Assembly: GCA_016746295.1 (NCBI GenBank)
Contig: JAEAOA010000822.1
Location: 1,014,104-1,078,103 of the forward strand
Direction of reading: 5' to 3'
Origin: Potamilus streckersoni
Taxonomy: Eukaryota
Length of the DNA: 64,000 bases
Below, piece by piece: positions 1-11,275 of the stretch (within the stretch, counting starts at the first letter, position 1; every line of letters starts with the position of its first letter). The notes under the pieces were generated by a model that was not told the DNA's origin, searched no databases, and saw only the letters and a program-made list of their open reading frames with translations. Position numbers and translations under genes: made by a program.

Positions 1-189
1 CAGTACTTCTCCTGACATAATGACCTGCTAGCATCAGAGAAAATAACGTAAATATAAACTCTAACCTTAGTTATGATGCTAAAACAGAACAGTCACTAAC
101 TTACATTTTGCCAACAACATTGATGGACTAACAGAAAATGAGCAAGAACTGGATAGCTAAGTAGAGAGCCTTGACAAAACCTTTGCAGT

Positions 190-925
190 GCAGAGAAGAC
201 CAAAATGATGACCAACAACACCAAGGGCATCAGCACTGACATCAGGGTCCAAGGTACAAGCTAGAAACAGTCCACAGCTTCAAGTATTTGGGGGCAATTG
301 TAACAGATGAAGGATCGAAGCTTGAAGTACTCTCCAGGATTGTACAGACAACAGTAGCGCTGACAAAACTGAAGCCCATCTGGAGTGACAAGAACATTGC
401 ACTCACTTCAAAGGTCAGACTGATGCACTCACTGGTGATTTCCTTATTTCTCTATGCCTGTGAATCATGGACCATAACAGCTGACTTAGTAAAAAGGATA
501 CAGGCCACAGCAACGAGATGCTTCCAAAAAATCCTTGGCGTCTCATACATAGATCGTGTCACCAATGAAGAAATAGGCAAAGGATCAGACAAGCCATTGG
601 GCCTCACAAAGACCTCCTGGCCACAATAAAAAATGTAAACTGCAGTGGTATAGGCATTGATTATGATCTTCAGGACATGCCAAGACAATCCTGCAAGGCA
701 CTGTACAAGGAAGAAGAAAGAGAGGCAGACAGAGAAAGAGGTGGGAAGACAATATTTGGGAGTGAACAGACTTGACACTGAGCAACCCACTGAGAAAGAC
801 AGAAAATCAAAAGGAATGGAGAAAAATGATTGTCCGGTCTCATGTGATGCCCTTATGAATTACCAGACTATGGGACCGAAGATGATGATGATGATGTGAG
901 TGTCAAAATAACAAAAAAAAGGCCA
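190..925 (+). mobile_element. 3' fragment of a non-LTR retrotransposon (LINE) ORF2 C-terminal region, pseudogenised by frameshifts
   Basis: Plus ORF 288-629 encodes '...KLKPIWSDKNIALTSKVRLMHSLVISLFLYACESWTITADLVKRIQATATRCFQKILGVSYIDRVTNEEI', the conserved C-terminal module of CR1/L2/RTE-type LINE ORF2 proteins. Other frames downstream read '..AIGPHKDLLATIKN..' and '..RGRQRKRWEDNIWE..', the usual continuation of this domain, so the element is frameshifted. It ends near a (GATGAT)n / A-rich stretch around 880-925. Confidence 0.6.
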
Positions 926-2602
926 TGGAAGGGTCAGTGGTAGCTCAGACTACATCAAATTATATTATAATGAATGTTGGTAGTACCTAGTCCTAAAATG
1001 TAAGACACATTTTTGGTTTGGTGCTATGTCTTACTGCCTAAATAACGATACTGTGTTGCCTATTTCCAACTAGACTGACAGGAGACAGATAGGCAACATT
1101 TTCTGGAATATCTCACACACTTGGCAGCCTGTATCAACAATACTTCCACAAATTTAAATCTATCTGATTATACATGTACTTACTTCAGAGTTTTTATCCT
1201 CAAACAATCAAAATCTAACACTAGCAAATGAACATGTTTTCATGTTCCATTCAGCTGGTTGGAATGCATTGGAAGCAGGAATGCCAAAACTGGATTAGTT
1301 TATAGAAAGTTTCTTTAACTAAATTAACTTTGAAGACTATACTAATACTGAAGAAAATTTTTGTTTGCTTCATTTTGTTTTGTTCATATTTGTCATCCTT
1401 TTAACCAATTTCAGCATTCATGGCTTCTGATACATTCCAACTAACCAAAATGTAGCTTTATGTTACATGACAACACATCCATTTGTTTGTGTGAATTTAA
1501 ATTTATTAATAAAAAATAAAAAAATAAAAACATCTAAGTAAGTAATGTCCGCCTAAATCTACGTGACTTTAATCGTGGAAAAGCTTCAATATGTGCTGGC
1601 AAGTAAAAGATATTCTTGAAAATGTGGACGCCAGTTCGATGTCAGTCAACATCGAAACCCGCTACACGAGACCATTGCTCGGGCAGTAAGACGTAGCAGC
1701 AAACCATGAATAACGTGATACGTCTTACACTGTAGGACAAGGAAGTTCCTGGATTACGTAAAAACAAACACAAAATGTAACAATTTTACCTGTGTTTTCA
1801 GTTATAACTTAATTCACGGGCCACAAAACTGCATAAAAGTATGACATCAAATAAGCAAGCAATTTTGCCTGTGAATATAATTTTTCTTAGATGCAATTCG
1901 TCAATAAACTGTCATGCACACAAATTCGTTACGTCTGCTCCGTCTAAACTAAATTTAGAAATTCGTCATGTCCTGAGTGCAATGAGGTAATGAGTTTGCA
2001 CGACTTCAGCGGCCAAACATGTTGCAAGAGAATATACTGATCGTACCACAGTGTTATAAAAGAAAAATTACATCTTCCCCAATATCTGACAGCTCCAAAT
2101 ACATACAAGACAAACAAACAATAATGCGGAAGTTGTTACATTTGGGATATACCAACAATTTTCAAATGGCTACATTTAAATTTGAGTAATATGGGAATGA
2201 TGATTATTGAGCCTTGTTTGTCCCATTTTCGACTAAATTTAGTTCGCGTGATTATAGCGATATTATGAATAACTGGGGGAAAATAGAAACAGAAATTATA
2301 AACATCACGAAATAGCACAGCAAAACGCAAAAGCTGCACAAACAATGAAATACAGGGAAAAACAGAACCCATTAAGAAATTGAAAAACAATGGATGGAAA
2401 CTGAAAATAATATCACTCAAGGAATAAAAATAAGAGATGCAAAATTTAGTGGATTACACGAAAAGGGGAGAGGGCGGTAAATAAAAATGGAAATAAAAAG
2501 AGGAAAAGAAAATTGAATCCATAAGAATTAATAAGGTCTTATATACGGAAAAGAAAGAAATATTACAAAATATTCGTGCGTATTATGCTGACATATCGGC
2601 AT

Positions 2603-2680
2603 CACAAAATATAGACCAACAAGTAGGTCTCTGCTTTTTTTTTATATCTGCAGAGACCTACTTGTTGGTCTACACAAAAT
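2603..2680. repeat. Perfect 23-bp inverted repeat (hairpin / foldback element) flanked by 8-bp direct repeats
   Basis: 2612-2634 'tagaccaacaagtaggtctctgc' is the exact reverse complement of 2650-2672, with a 15-nt T-rich spacer. 'cacaaaat' occurs immediately on both sides (2603-2610 and 2673-2680), resembling a target-site duplication. Confidence 0.5.
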
Positions 2681-3760
2681 ACAGATGTAACTACAATTGA
2701 TAACTATATTTTTTTTAAACTTAGTACAATAAACTGACAGAATATGAAAAAGAAATGGTCGACAAATTCATTATTGCTGAGGAAATATAAATCTATAAAT
2801 AGTATAGAAAAGGGAAACCCTCCGGGGTCTAATGGGATCACTGCCGACTTTTATATTAAATTTCAAAAAGAACTAGTAGATGTACTTGTACTCTTATTTA
2901 AGCATATGCTACTAAAAGGGGAAATATCAAAGACCATGCGGGAAGGGGTAATTACACTGATTTACAAGGGAAAGAGTGACAGAAACGATATAACGAACTG
3001 AAGACCGATATCATTACTAAACACAGGTTACAAAATCCTAATTGAGATAATTGCCAGCATATATTTTTTTTTAAAAAAATCATTGCAACTATAGCAGATA
3101 TTAATTAAAATTGAGGGGGAAAGGTCGCAAAATACAAAACAATACTCTATCAACAGTGGCTGTGATTGATTATCTAGTAATTAGAGGTGAAAAGGGAGTC
3201 GTGCTTCTGTTCGATCAAGAGAAAGCTTTTGATCAGATAAAGCATGACTTCGTTACTACATTATTAGAATCGTGCTTTTTGGCAATATTATCATAAACTA
3301 GATTAATGCAGTGTACAAAAATATAACTTCAAAACTAACAATGAATGGAGCGCTTACAGAAGAAACCAAGATGAATAGATGAGTTAGAGAAGGTTGTCCC
3401 GTCCATGATATTGTATGTTATGGCTACAGAAGCACTAAATATTTACACAAAATGAACACCAACATTTAAGGGATCAAACTGTCAAACCCAAAGGGTGAAT
3501 TTAAAACTCTGCTTCGCGCTGACGACTAAACAAACTTCCCCAGAGATGGTTCATCATCCAAATATCTACAAAATGGATTCGTGCAATTTTGGGAAAACAT
3601 CTGGTTTAGCTATAAACCATGACAAAACTGAAATACTATTAATAAACGACTGGATGGGGTAACCACCCTGCTCCACCCACACTTTTAATTAAGAAATATG
3701 TTAAAGCGATATGAATATTAGCCCTATATGGGGAAAATGCTATCCAACTTAACTACCGCT

Positions 3761-3762
<2 letters not shown>

Positions 3763-3826
<64 letters not shown>
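3763..3826. repeat. (GT)n microsatellite, about 32 units
   Basis: Uninterrupted gtgtgt... run. Confidence 0.95.
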
Positions 3827-3827
<1 letters not shown>

Positions 3828-3857
3828 TAATTTAAATTTTTGACGTAGCTTTGCGGC

Positions 3858-4012
3858 ATTATCCTGACACCAAACCGACCAGTCCTAACACTAACTTCTT
3901 AATGCTGAGCACCAGGCGAGGCAGCTATTAGTACCATTTTTAAAGTCTTTGGTATGACCACGACCTCCCGCATCCAAGGCGGACGCTCTAACCACTAGGC
4001 CACCGGAGTGGT
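3858..4012 (-). mobile_element. tRNA-derived SINE, family X, copy 1 (minus orientation, nested in the LINE RT)
   Basis: The reverse complement of 3950-4012 gives a tRNA-like head 'ccggtggcctagtggttagagcgtccgccttggatgcgggaggtcgtgg...' with an A-box-like 'TAGTGGTTAGAGC'. The 3858-3950 body 'cattatcctgacac...taacactaac.tcttaatgctgagca.caggcgaggcag' recurs at 45536-45687 and partly at 41001-41135. Confidence 0.6.
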
Positions 4013-7000
4013 CAAACTTGGTCTAATACTGTAGTGAATCCAATAAAACGTATCCAGGTTGCTAAAACCTATATGTACAGTCAACTACATTGTTTCATAA
4101 ATGCAATACATTTCACTAAAGCTATGTTAAATAAAATAGAGGGAATGATCTCGAATTATATTTGGAACAATAGAATTCACTATATGCGCAAGAAATATAA
4201 CTACAGACCCAAAGAGAAAGGTGATTTAGGTGTGCATAACCTAAGCACCAAGCAAAATCAATTATTCTGGATAGAATCAAATATATCAATAACATTCCGC
4301 AGCACCCTTGCAAGGAATTTATAAAAAAAAAACAAAAAAATTACGGTTACTTACGCCACTTTAACAAAACAGTTTTTTTTTAATAAAAAAAAAATACAAA
4401 AATAGCTCCTTATCTAAAATGCTTGAACCGCCACTGTGTGTCCGGAAAACTATAGATCTCGTACATAAATATAAAGACAATGAAGAAATACAGAAAAGCA
4501 ATATAATATAATTTATAATATTCTAATTAATGACTTAGGCCTATGTAATGAAAGCCTGCAAAATGAAATACATAAACCAGAGTTAAACTGGGAGGTCATA
4601 TGGACAAATGGGCGGGTATAAAATATACATCTATTCAAAGTAAAATGTACCTTCATTTAAATAATTTATGGATGACAATTAGCCTATAGAAGGCACCTTA
4701 TAAGAACAAACCTATCATTCAGCTTTTGCGGGAGACAGGCTGACTCTATAATCTACGTCATCAGATACTTAAAGACCGCTGAGGAAAGATATAGAATAAC
4801 AACAAAATACGTGAAGAAATGTAGGGGTATTTGCATACAAACTTATTGTACACACAACATTACCGATAAGACAACATATACAGATTTAACCACATATATC
4901 AACATAAGTATGAAACAAATATCAATATATATTCTTATTTAGAGCTCTTCAACAAAAAAACTAATATTTCTTTTTTAAACTAATAATATAACACATTAAC
5001 CAAAACAACCAATACCTCATAGGAAGTAACATAAGCTAACATGTCTAGGTACAAAACGTAAGAATACAGAGGGACAGGGATCGTCCTATCTGCTAAGGAG
5101 CAAATGATGGTAAGATGTCAAAGTTACATGGCTAAAGCGAAGCAGAACGGATCGTACCTGAGCTCCCGAAACGGTTGGACGAATAATAAGAACAAGTGGC
5201 CGAAACATGCCTCTACTCAAATATGAACATCGTTTTAAAATAGATCGATTTTGAAAATAAAAAGTTGAAAAAGCAGAAATAATAATTATGTTATGAATTT
5301 TATAACACATTATATAGCAAAAAAGAAACATTATACAACACAAACAAAAGAGGTGGACTGGCTTTACCCAGCCCCTAACTAATTAAACAATCGAATGTAA
5401 TAAATCGTTTTAAATCCATAAAGCCTAAACCAGATGCACCTTGGGAAGCATTCGGAGCCGTTTTAGGGCATAGGCATGCGAGGCACTAGTCAATAGTCAC
5501 TAATTCACTAGTCAAAAATTTAGTAGTGCTAAGGAATTTAAATTTATTAAAGGCTTAGTATATAAATACAGTGGTGTTAAAATAAATATGGGAAGTAGAC
5601 AAAAATCATATATATAATTGGATTGGAGAAGAACAAACAAAAATAAGGAGTAAGGTAGAAGAAAATTGGGGGTAAACTGGGGAAATACGTGGACAAATTT
5701 TACAAATAATAAATCCCAATTTTCTGGTAAGTGGGGGTGGTGGATCTGTCTGGTGCCTTCTCCCCGAAAAAGAATAATATGAACATTACGAAAACACAAT
5801 CACTGGGCTCCAATTACACTTTACTAATTCTCTGAAGTATACATTGCGCGTCACGCACACAATAAAAATAATTTTTTTCTTCCTTGTTTATTTTTTTTTT
5901 CATTTCTTTCTTTCTTTCTATCCAATGCAACACTGAAAGTAGATAGGGAGAAAGGCACAGGAACGAAAGAAGTGGTCACTGTGATGGAAGCGGGGTAGGG
6001 GTGAGGCTAAAAGTCTCCTGCCATCACCACATGTTAACTCAGACCGCCTTAACTTTTTTTTATTTTAAGTAGATAGCCATTATAACCTAAGACAGCTTAA
6101 TAAATTTGATTATTAGCCAATCTACACAAACCACAACGATAACAAACAATACACTATAGACCAAACATATAACATACATTGGACACCATATATCCTTGGC
6201 AAGGATCACCTTCTATAAGGAAACGAAACCATCCATGGTTGAAGAGCTATTATATCAATAGAATAGAAAGGTGTACAAGACCCTAAAAAAATTCATAAAC
6301 CTTATCTCAAAATTATGTTTACATTTTTGCAAACACATTACATACTGTGGGGGAAAAATATACACATAACCATCTTCAAACTTTCATAATTAGGGAGTCC
6401 TCTCTCTGATGGCGTCTGAGAGGGACCACACCAATCGAGCAAGGATTAAGGCAAGTATCCAAACAAGACCAATAATTACAATGTTTTCACAATTTAGGCA
6501 CAAACACACATACGCGTAACTATAGGATAAACTATATCCACTTAACTCAACATAATAGCATTTAGGATATTGAGGACAATTTTTCTTGAATCTTTATATA
6601 TAAAGGCACATTTGTTTGCATGTCCCGACTGCTAAGCAAAAGGTTTGCCAGGTCGAAACTCACGGCGGTATCCTAGGTTCTTTTAATATTTTTTTTAATT
6701 AATTTTATTTTAATGTTCAAATCTTCTTTTAAACATGCTCAAACCAATTGTTATTTTTGAAATACTTGTTCAAAAAAATTACTTGAAAATTTATAACTCA
6801 AATATAGGACGGGCAAAGGCTAGTTCAAATATAATTTTCTAACTTTGGCTATCCACTTCATGTCTCCGTCACACCTATTCGTCATTATATAATTCTATTG
6901 TAGATCTTTTGGTTTTGAGAAATAACACGGTTGATATATCATTTGCAATACACTATGTACGAGTTATCTTTTGTACAAAAAGCTAATTTCTTTCCTTTGA

Positions 7001-7491
7001 AATGCATGACTTTAAAAGGGTGACAAATAAGATTATTTAAATACTGGTTGCAATAAATCTGAAAAATTACCAGGACAACTTTAAATTTAGCTTTAAAGTC
7101 CATTTACTTTGTGGAAAATGTATATCCACCAAAACCAAAACCACCTATTCTTTGGTCTGGTGAATAAATATTGTATTATCTTAATAATGTCCAATGTTAT
7201 CATGAAAATCGGTAAACAACAGAACTAAGAGTTCCTGTCTGTTTCGCAATAGACAATTTTTGAGGTTACTGTAATATGTAATTTAAATAAATAAATGTGT
7301 GTGCAATGCTGATATAGTAAATACACAACTTAATTTCATTCGTAAAATATAAATAATGACTGAAACTGTTAATAGATACGTACTGGGTCCATTTTGCAGA
7401 CGGTAAGTCCTTATTGAGAAAAGAACACATATAGTGAGAAAACTTCATACCACTCTTCAATTTATAATTTGTATTTTAAAAATCCGTGCAA

Positions 7492-7605
<114 letters not shown>

Positions 7606-8287
7606 GCACGCAGTGTTTAAATAGGCATGCTCTCTTTCTTTCTCTCCAATTGCACGCATTGTTTAAATATACATGTGTACTGGCTGTCCAATACACATTT
7701 ACTCGCCTACCCGTAAAATTATAATTTCTATTTTAACATTTTATTGCAGAGAAGAAATTTGCTTGAATAGAATATACTCTACATTTAGATGCAGTATTAA
7801 AATATATTGTCTAAAATGACTGACCAATATAATCTTAAGATGCAATATAAAGCTTACTGATTTAAAATATATATGCACAAGAATACAAAATACATATATG
7901 ATAAGTGTTAATACATATTAACGTATACAATATTAAATGAATTACACACCCATTTAATCTTACACAGATGATCTGGAGTTTAATACAGATTTTCAATCTG
8001 TGATTTCATGTCAAATCTAAAATGTCCGCACACATTGGGGTAATGGTGGGGGCACATGCTTCCACCACCTCCGATTTCACCTCTAAACATGTTTTGGCCT
8101 CCAGCGGTAAAACTTAATAGCAGTCTACTACATGTTTGCCTCCTCGTCGCCTCCTCCCCCCTTCCCCAAGAATATGATTCTTTAAAACCTTTAAAAACTG
8201 ATAAACATTAACATAAACGTATACATATTTCAGAGAACAGAAACTGTTTTGATTTTGACACAAATTTTAAAGAATTGCATCTTGTTA

Positions 8288-8533
8288 ACAATGTTGTTGT
8301 TGTGGGGCTTAACGCCATTTTTCAGCACACGATAATATACATGGCGGCCAGTATTAATGGTGAAGGAAGAAAATCCTCAGAAAGAACCACTGACCCACGA
8401 GAAGCTAGTAGCAAGCTTTCTCACGTATCCACATTCGCCGAATCTTAGACTCGAACCCACGCAGACAGAAGTGAGATGGGAGTGATCCGTAACGGAGATA
8501 ACTTTAGACCACTCGGCCACTCGGAGCCCCGTT
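8288..8533 (-). mobile_element. tRNA-derived SINE, family Y, full-length-like copy (minus orientation)
   Basis: The minus-strand reading begins with a tRNA-like head 'ggggctccgagtggccgagtggtctaaag...gcgtgggttcgagtctaagattcggcg' (a D-loop like Ser/Leu tRNAs and a GGTTCGAGTC B-box). It ends in a (CAA)n simple-repeat tail (plus 8291-8303 'gttgttgttgtgg'). The body recurs at 56905-56998, 16085-16160 and 29075-29128. Confidence 0.6.
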
Positions 8534-9827
8534 AACAATCTTGTTGAGACTTTGTCAGCACTGGGACACAATGAGTGAATTGTATGTTTACATTTTAAAT
8601 TGTTGCAACTGTTCAAGCAGAATATAAAAAGAGAGGAAAACAGAACTATATTGCAATATTGTTTTGAATTTTTATATTTAAAATAAATCCAAATAAATGC
8701 TTAAATTATCACTTTTAGTTCAATGCATTAATAATTTCTTGTATCAAACGAAGCAAATAAATATTTTGAATGTACCGTAAATTATCGAGTTTTCCTAATA
8801 AAATTTAATGTATTTAATAGGTGCGAGTGTGTGAAATTTGCCTTGGAATATCCCTTATATGTAGAGTGTCTATTCAGAAAGGATAGTTAATGGGGGAAGA
8901 AAAGGTCACTTGCTGGTCCAAAACCTAATGTTCCATTTGAGAAGGAATAAATAAAATCCACTTGCACGTGACTGCAGAATAAATCTATTCATATGTCCAA
9001 TACATTTTTTAAAATCAAAGCTAAAGAGTAAATCCATAACTACAATGCAGACAGACCTATGGTGCAACTGCACAGCATATATCTAGATATAGCCCAGATG
9101 ACGTACATAGGAACATGTGAGGATTGTACAATATCTTTAAAACTTTAATAAAACGCCAAAAGCCTCATTAATTTTTGTAAAGTACACATTTTAAAAGAAT
9201 TGAAACAATGTTTAAATGAAAAGGGGATATGTAATAAATAAAAGAATCCAAAAAGCATTTTGTTCCGAATAAGAGGGAGAGAAAGAACTCGTTTGACACA
9301 GTGTAGATAAATGTCTCGGCCTGATGGCATCGATATTTTCTTACGCTGGAGCAAACTCGTTTTCTCCGCCCTCTCAGAACAAAACACACGTGTAGTTTTA
9401 TCCAAGAATCATCCAAGGGAGAAAAATCCATCGAAAACCACATTTAAACTGCACGAGACAACATTTATGGCAATCAAAAGCATATATGTGAGACGAAGCT
9501 AACACACTAAACATCCAACCAGTTATGGTAGCAGCAGCAACTTCTTACTTACGTTTGCATACGGAATATCTACATAGTAAGCTCCCAAACCAGGTCATTA
9601 AAAGGGATTTAAAGTTAATAAAATCTCAGTGTGTTCGTATATTATAGGGAAGTGAATTCCATAGTTTTGCTGCTGCATACCTACAAGATTGCAGCCCATA
9701 CCTGGATGTTCTTAATTTTAGTATCTCCAGTGTTTACTTACCTAAGATTGCTTGGAAACTTCCAGACCATTTAAGTGCGTTGCTCATTTATTGTCTAAAA
9801 TTTTGAATGCTTAAAGTGTTATAGACT

Positions 9828-9995
9828 TTATCCATTGGATTTGAAGAGTTCAAACACGTTCGGTCGTCTTTATCTATTGGATGTCAAAAGTAAAAACACG
9901 TGCCATGGCTTTTATCCATTGGATATGAAGAGTTGAAACATGTGTCATAGTATTTATCCATTGGATGTGAAGCGCTGAAACATGTGCCAAATCCA
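9828..9995. repeat. 42-bp-period minisatellite, about 4 copies
   Basis: Units 'tttatccattggat.tgaag.g.t.aaaca.gtg.ca...' start near 9828, 9870, 9912 and 9954. This explains the internally repetitive ORF 9874-10068. Confidence 0.7.
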
Positions 9996-10068
9996 AGTAT
10001 TCAGTATAAGGTTTCTTTAAATCACTCGAGACTAAACACATAACTCTATTATGGAGTTTATTCAGCAA

Positions 10069-10073
10069 TATAC

Positions 10074-10164
<91 letters not shown>
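10069..10164. repeat. (TA)n microsatellite with a few interruptions
   Basis: A tatata run with 'taca' and 'taaa' interruptions. Confidence 0.95.
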
Positions 10165-10539
10165 AGCGAGACTGTTGAAATGCCAGGTTAGGAGATAGCA
10201 GTTAAGTTTTCCAAAGGAAAGAATGATAATCAGCCAGTATTCACTTTACTTTTAATATTATTCTCCTAGTCGCTTGAGCACATGTAATTGCTTCACTGCT
10301 TTCTGGAAAATTTAAATGATTTGCTGATTAAAGTTCATGTCACGGAAGGGTATAAACCTATTTCTTTTTCAAATATATGTACTCGGGTTTCGTTTTATGT
10401 GTGCAACAATACCCGAGGGTTATTGATATATTCTATATTACTTCGAAACATTGAGTTTAGTTCATCTTATACCACACGCGCGAAGTGTTTTCGATGGGTA
10501 AACTCGAATACATTAATTGCATAGACGATATAAAGCCAC

Positions 10540-10653
10540 GTTGTCTGTGTATAAATGCCTCACAGTAAGATCAAATCGACACATTATGGAACGTTTTATC
10601 AGTCGGTGGTTTACTTAGACACCTTCATATCTCCAACTGTACAGGTACGTAAG
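10540..10653 (+). promoter_or_regulatory. Candidate TATA-box promoter plus a short non-coding first exon ending at a strong splice donor (unknown plus-strand transcript)
   Basis: 'gtgtataaatgcc' at 10546-10558 lies about 30 bp upstream of a possible start site. The consensus donor 'acag|gtacgtaagt' is at 10640-10653 and a local CpG cluster at 10380-10520. A strong acceptor 'ttgtcttcttacag' at 11931-11944 could pair with it. No long ORF follows, so this may be a 5'UTR or ncRNA, or nothing. Confidence 0.2.
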
Positions 10654-10949
10654 TTTTTTTATATTTCCTTTATGTATTGTAAGTTATAGTTTTGTACTAC
10701 CACGTTTATTTTCGTATTTCTGTAGTTTCGATTTACATAATCGACTTAGTATAATGCTAATATTTTCTATTCGTGTCTGTGACTTAGCAAGAACTTTACA
10801 AAGTTATATTTAGTTTAGTGCTATAGGAATCGTATGATTCGCATGTTTTCTTCTGAACCTGTTAAGTGTTTTGTAATGCAGGACTGATAATGCATTTTTA
10901 GAACCTACCGTATATAACGTCATTACGTGTTACCTTATATAATCATGTC

Positions 10950-11275
10950 ATGTATAGTACACTGTATTGGATGCATTTTCAGCTGATGATGGGATTTGAT
11001 CCATGGTAATCAGAGCTGACCATGATGATTAAAACTGACCGTAGCATTTTCAGCCGATGATGGGATTTGATCCATGGGGATCAGAGCTGACGGTAGCTGT
11101 GAAGCTGACCATGGTGGTCAGGGTTGACGAGGTACCAGCTAAAGAGCTGACGATAGCAATTGACCATGACGACAATGGTGCTGGCCATATCGGCTGTGAA
11201 GCTGATGATGGAACTGGCAACGGAGCTGTTTGGACGGCAGTCGTGCAACTGAGTGAAGTGTTACGGGTCATGTAA
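10950..11275. repeat. GC-rich degenerate tandem-repeat block ('gctgac'-containing units)
   Basis: A near-duplicate unit 'cattttcagc.gatgatgggatttgatccatgg..atcagagctgac' occurs at about 10975 and 11045. It is followed by recurring 'agctgac(c/g)', 'gctgacgatag' and 'gaagctga' motifs. Overlapping ORFs on both strands (11057-11275 plus, 11050-11271 minus) are low-complexity Ser/Thr/Ala/Val-rich translations typical of repeat DNA. Confidence 0.5.

Larger units (their letters stand above)
2744..4330 (+). mobile_element. Degraded non-LTR retrotransposon reverse-transcriptase region (pseudogene), interrupted by a (GT)n microsatellite and a nested SINE
   Basis: The ORF fragments carry RT motifs in colinear order: 'PGSNGITADFYIKFQKELVDVLVLLF...ISKTMREGVITLIYKGKSDRNDITN' then '(W)RPISLLNTGYKILIEIIA' (fingers region), 'LLFDQEKAFDQIKHDF' (FxDxxKAFD motif), a frameshifted 'GCPVHDIV...LLRADD' (FADD motif), and at 4034-4324 '...RPKEKGDLGVHNLSTKQNQLFWI' (thumb region). 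Several stops and frameshifts are present. The 3763-4012 insertions split the RT. Confidence 0.7.

Noticed and set aside
3763-3826. Regularly spaced repeats as a possible CRISPR array. The same was considered at 7497-7602, 10069-10164, 26957-27009 and 39604-39658.
   Set aside because: These are dinucleotide microsatellites with no spacers, no about 30-bp repeat/spacer periodicity, and no cas genes. CRISPR is not expected in a eukaryotic locus.
3950-4012. SINE heads (3950-4012, 8440-8533, 45620-45687) as bona fide tRNA genes
   Set aside because: The acceptor-stem ends do not pair. Copy 1 has a T-arm deletion. All are contiguous with about 100-150 bp of non-tRNA body shared between copies, so they are SINE heads, not tRNA genes.
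6390-6440. 'ctctgatggcgtctgagagggac' as a hammerhead-ribozyme-like motif
   Set aside because: Only a CUGAUG-like box is present. There is no GAAA box or three-stem architecture. It is just a short imperfect inverted repeat.
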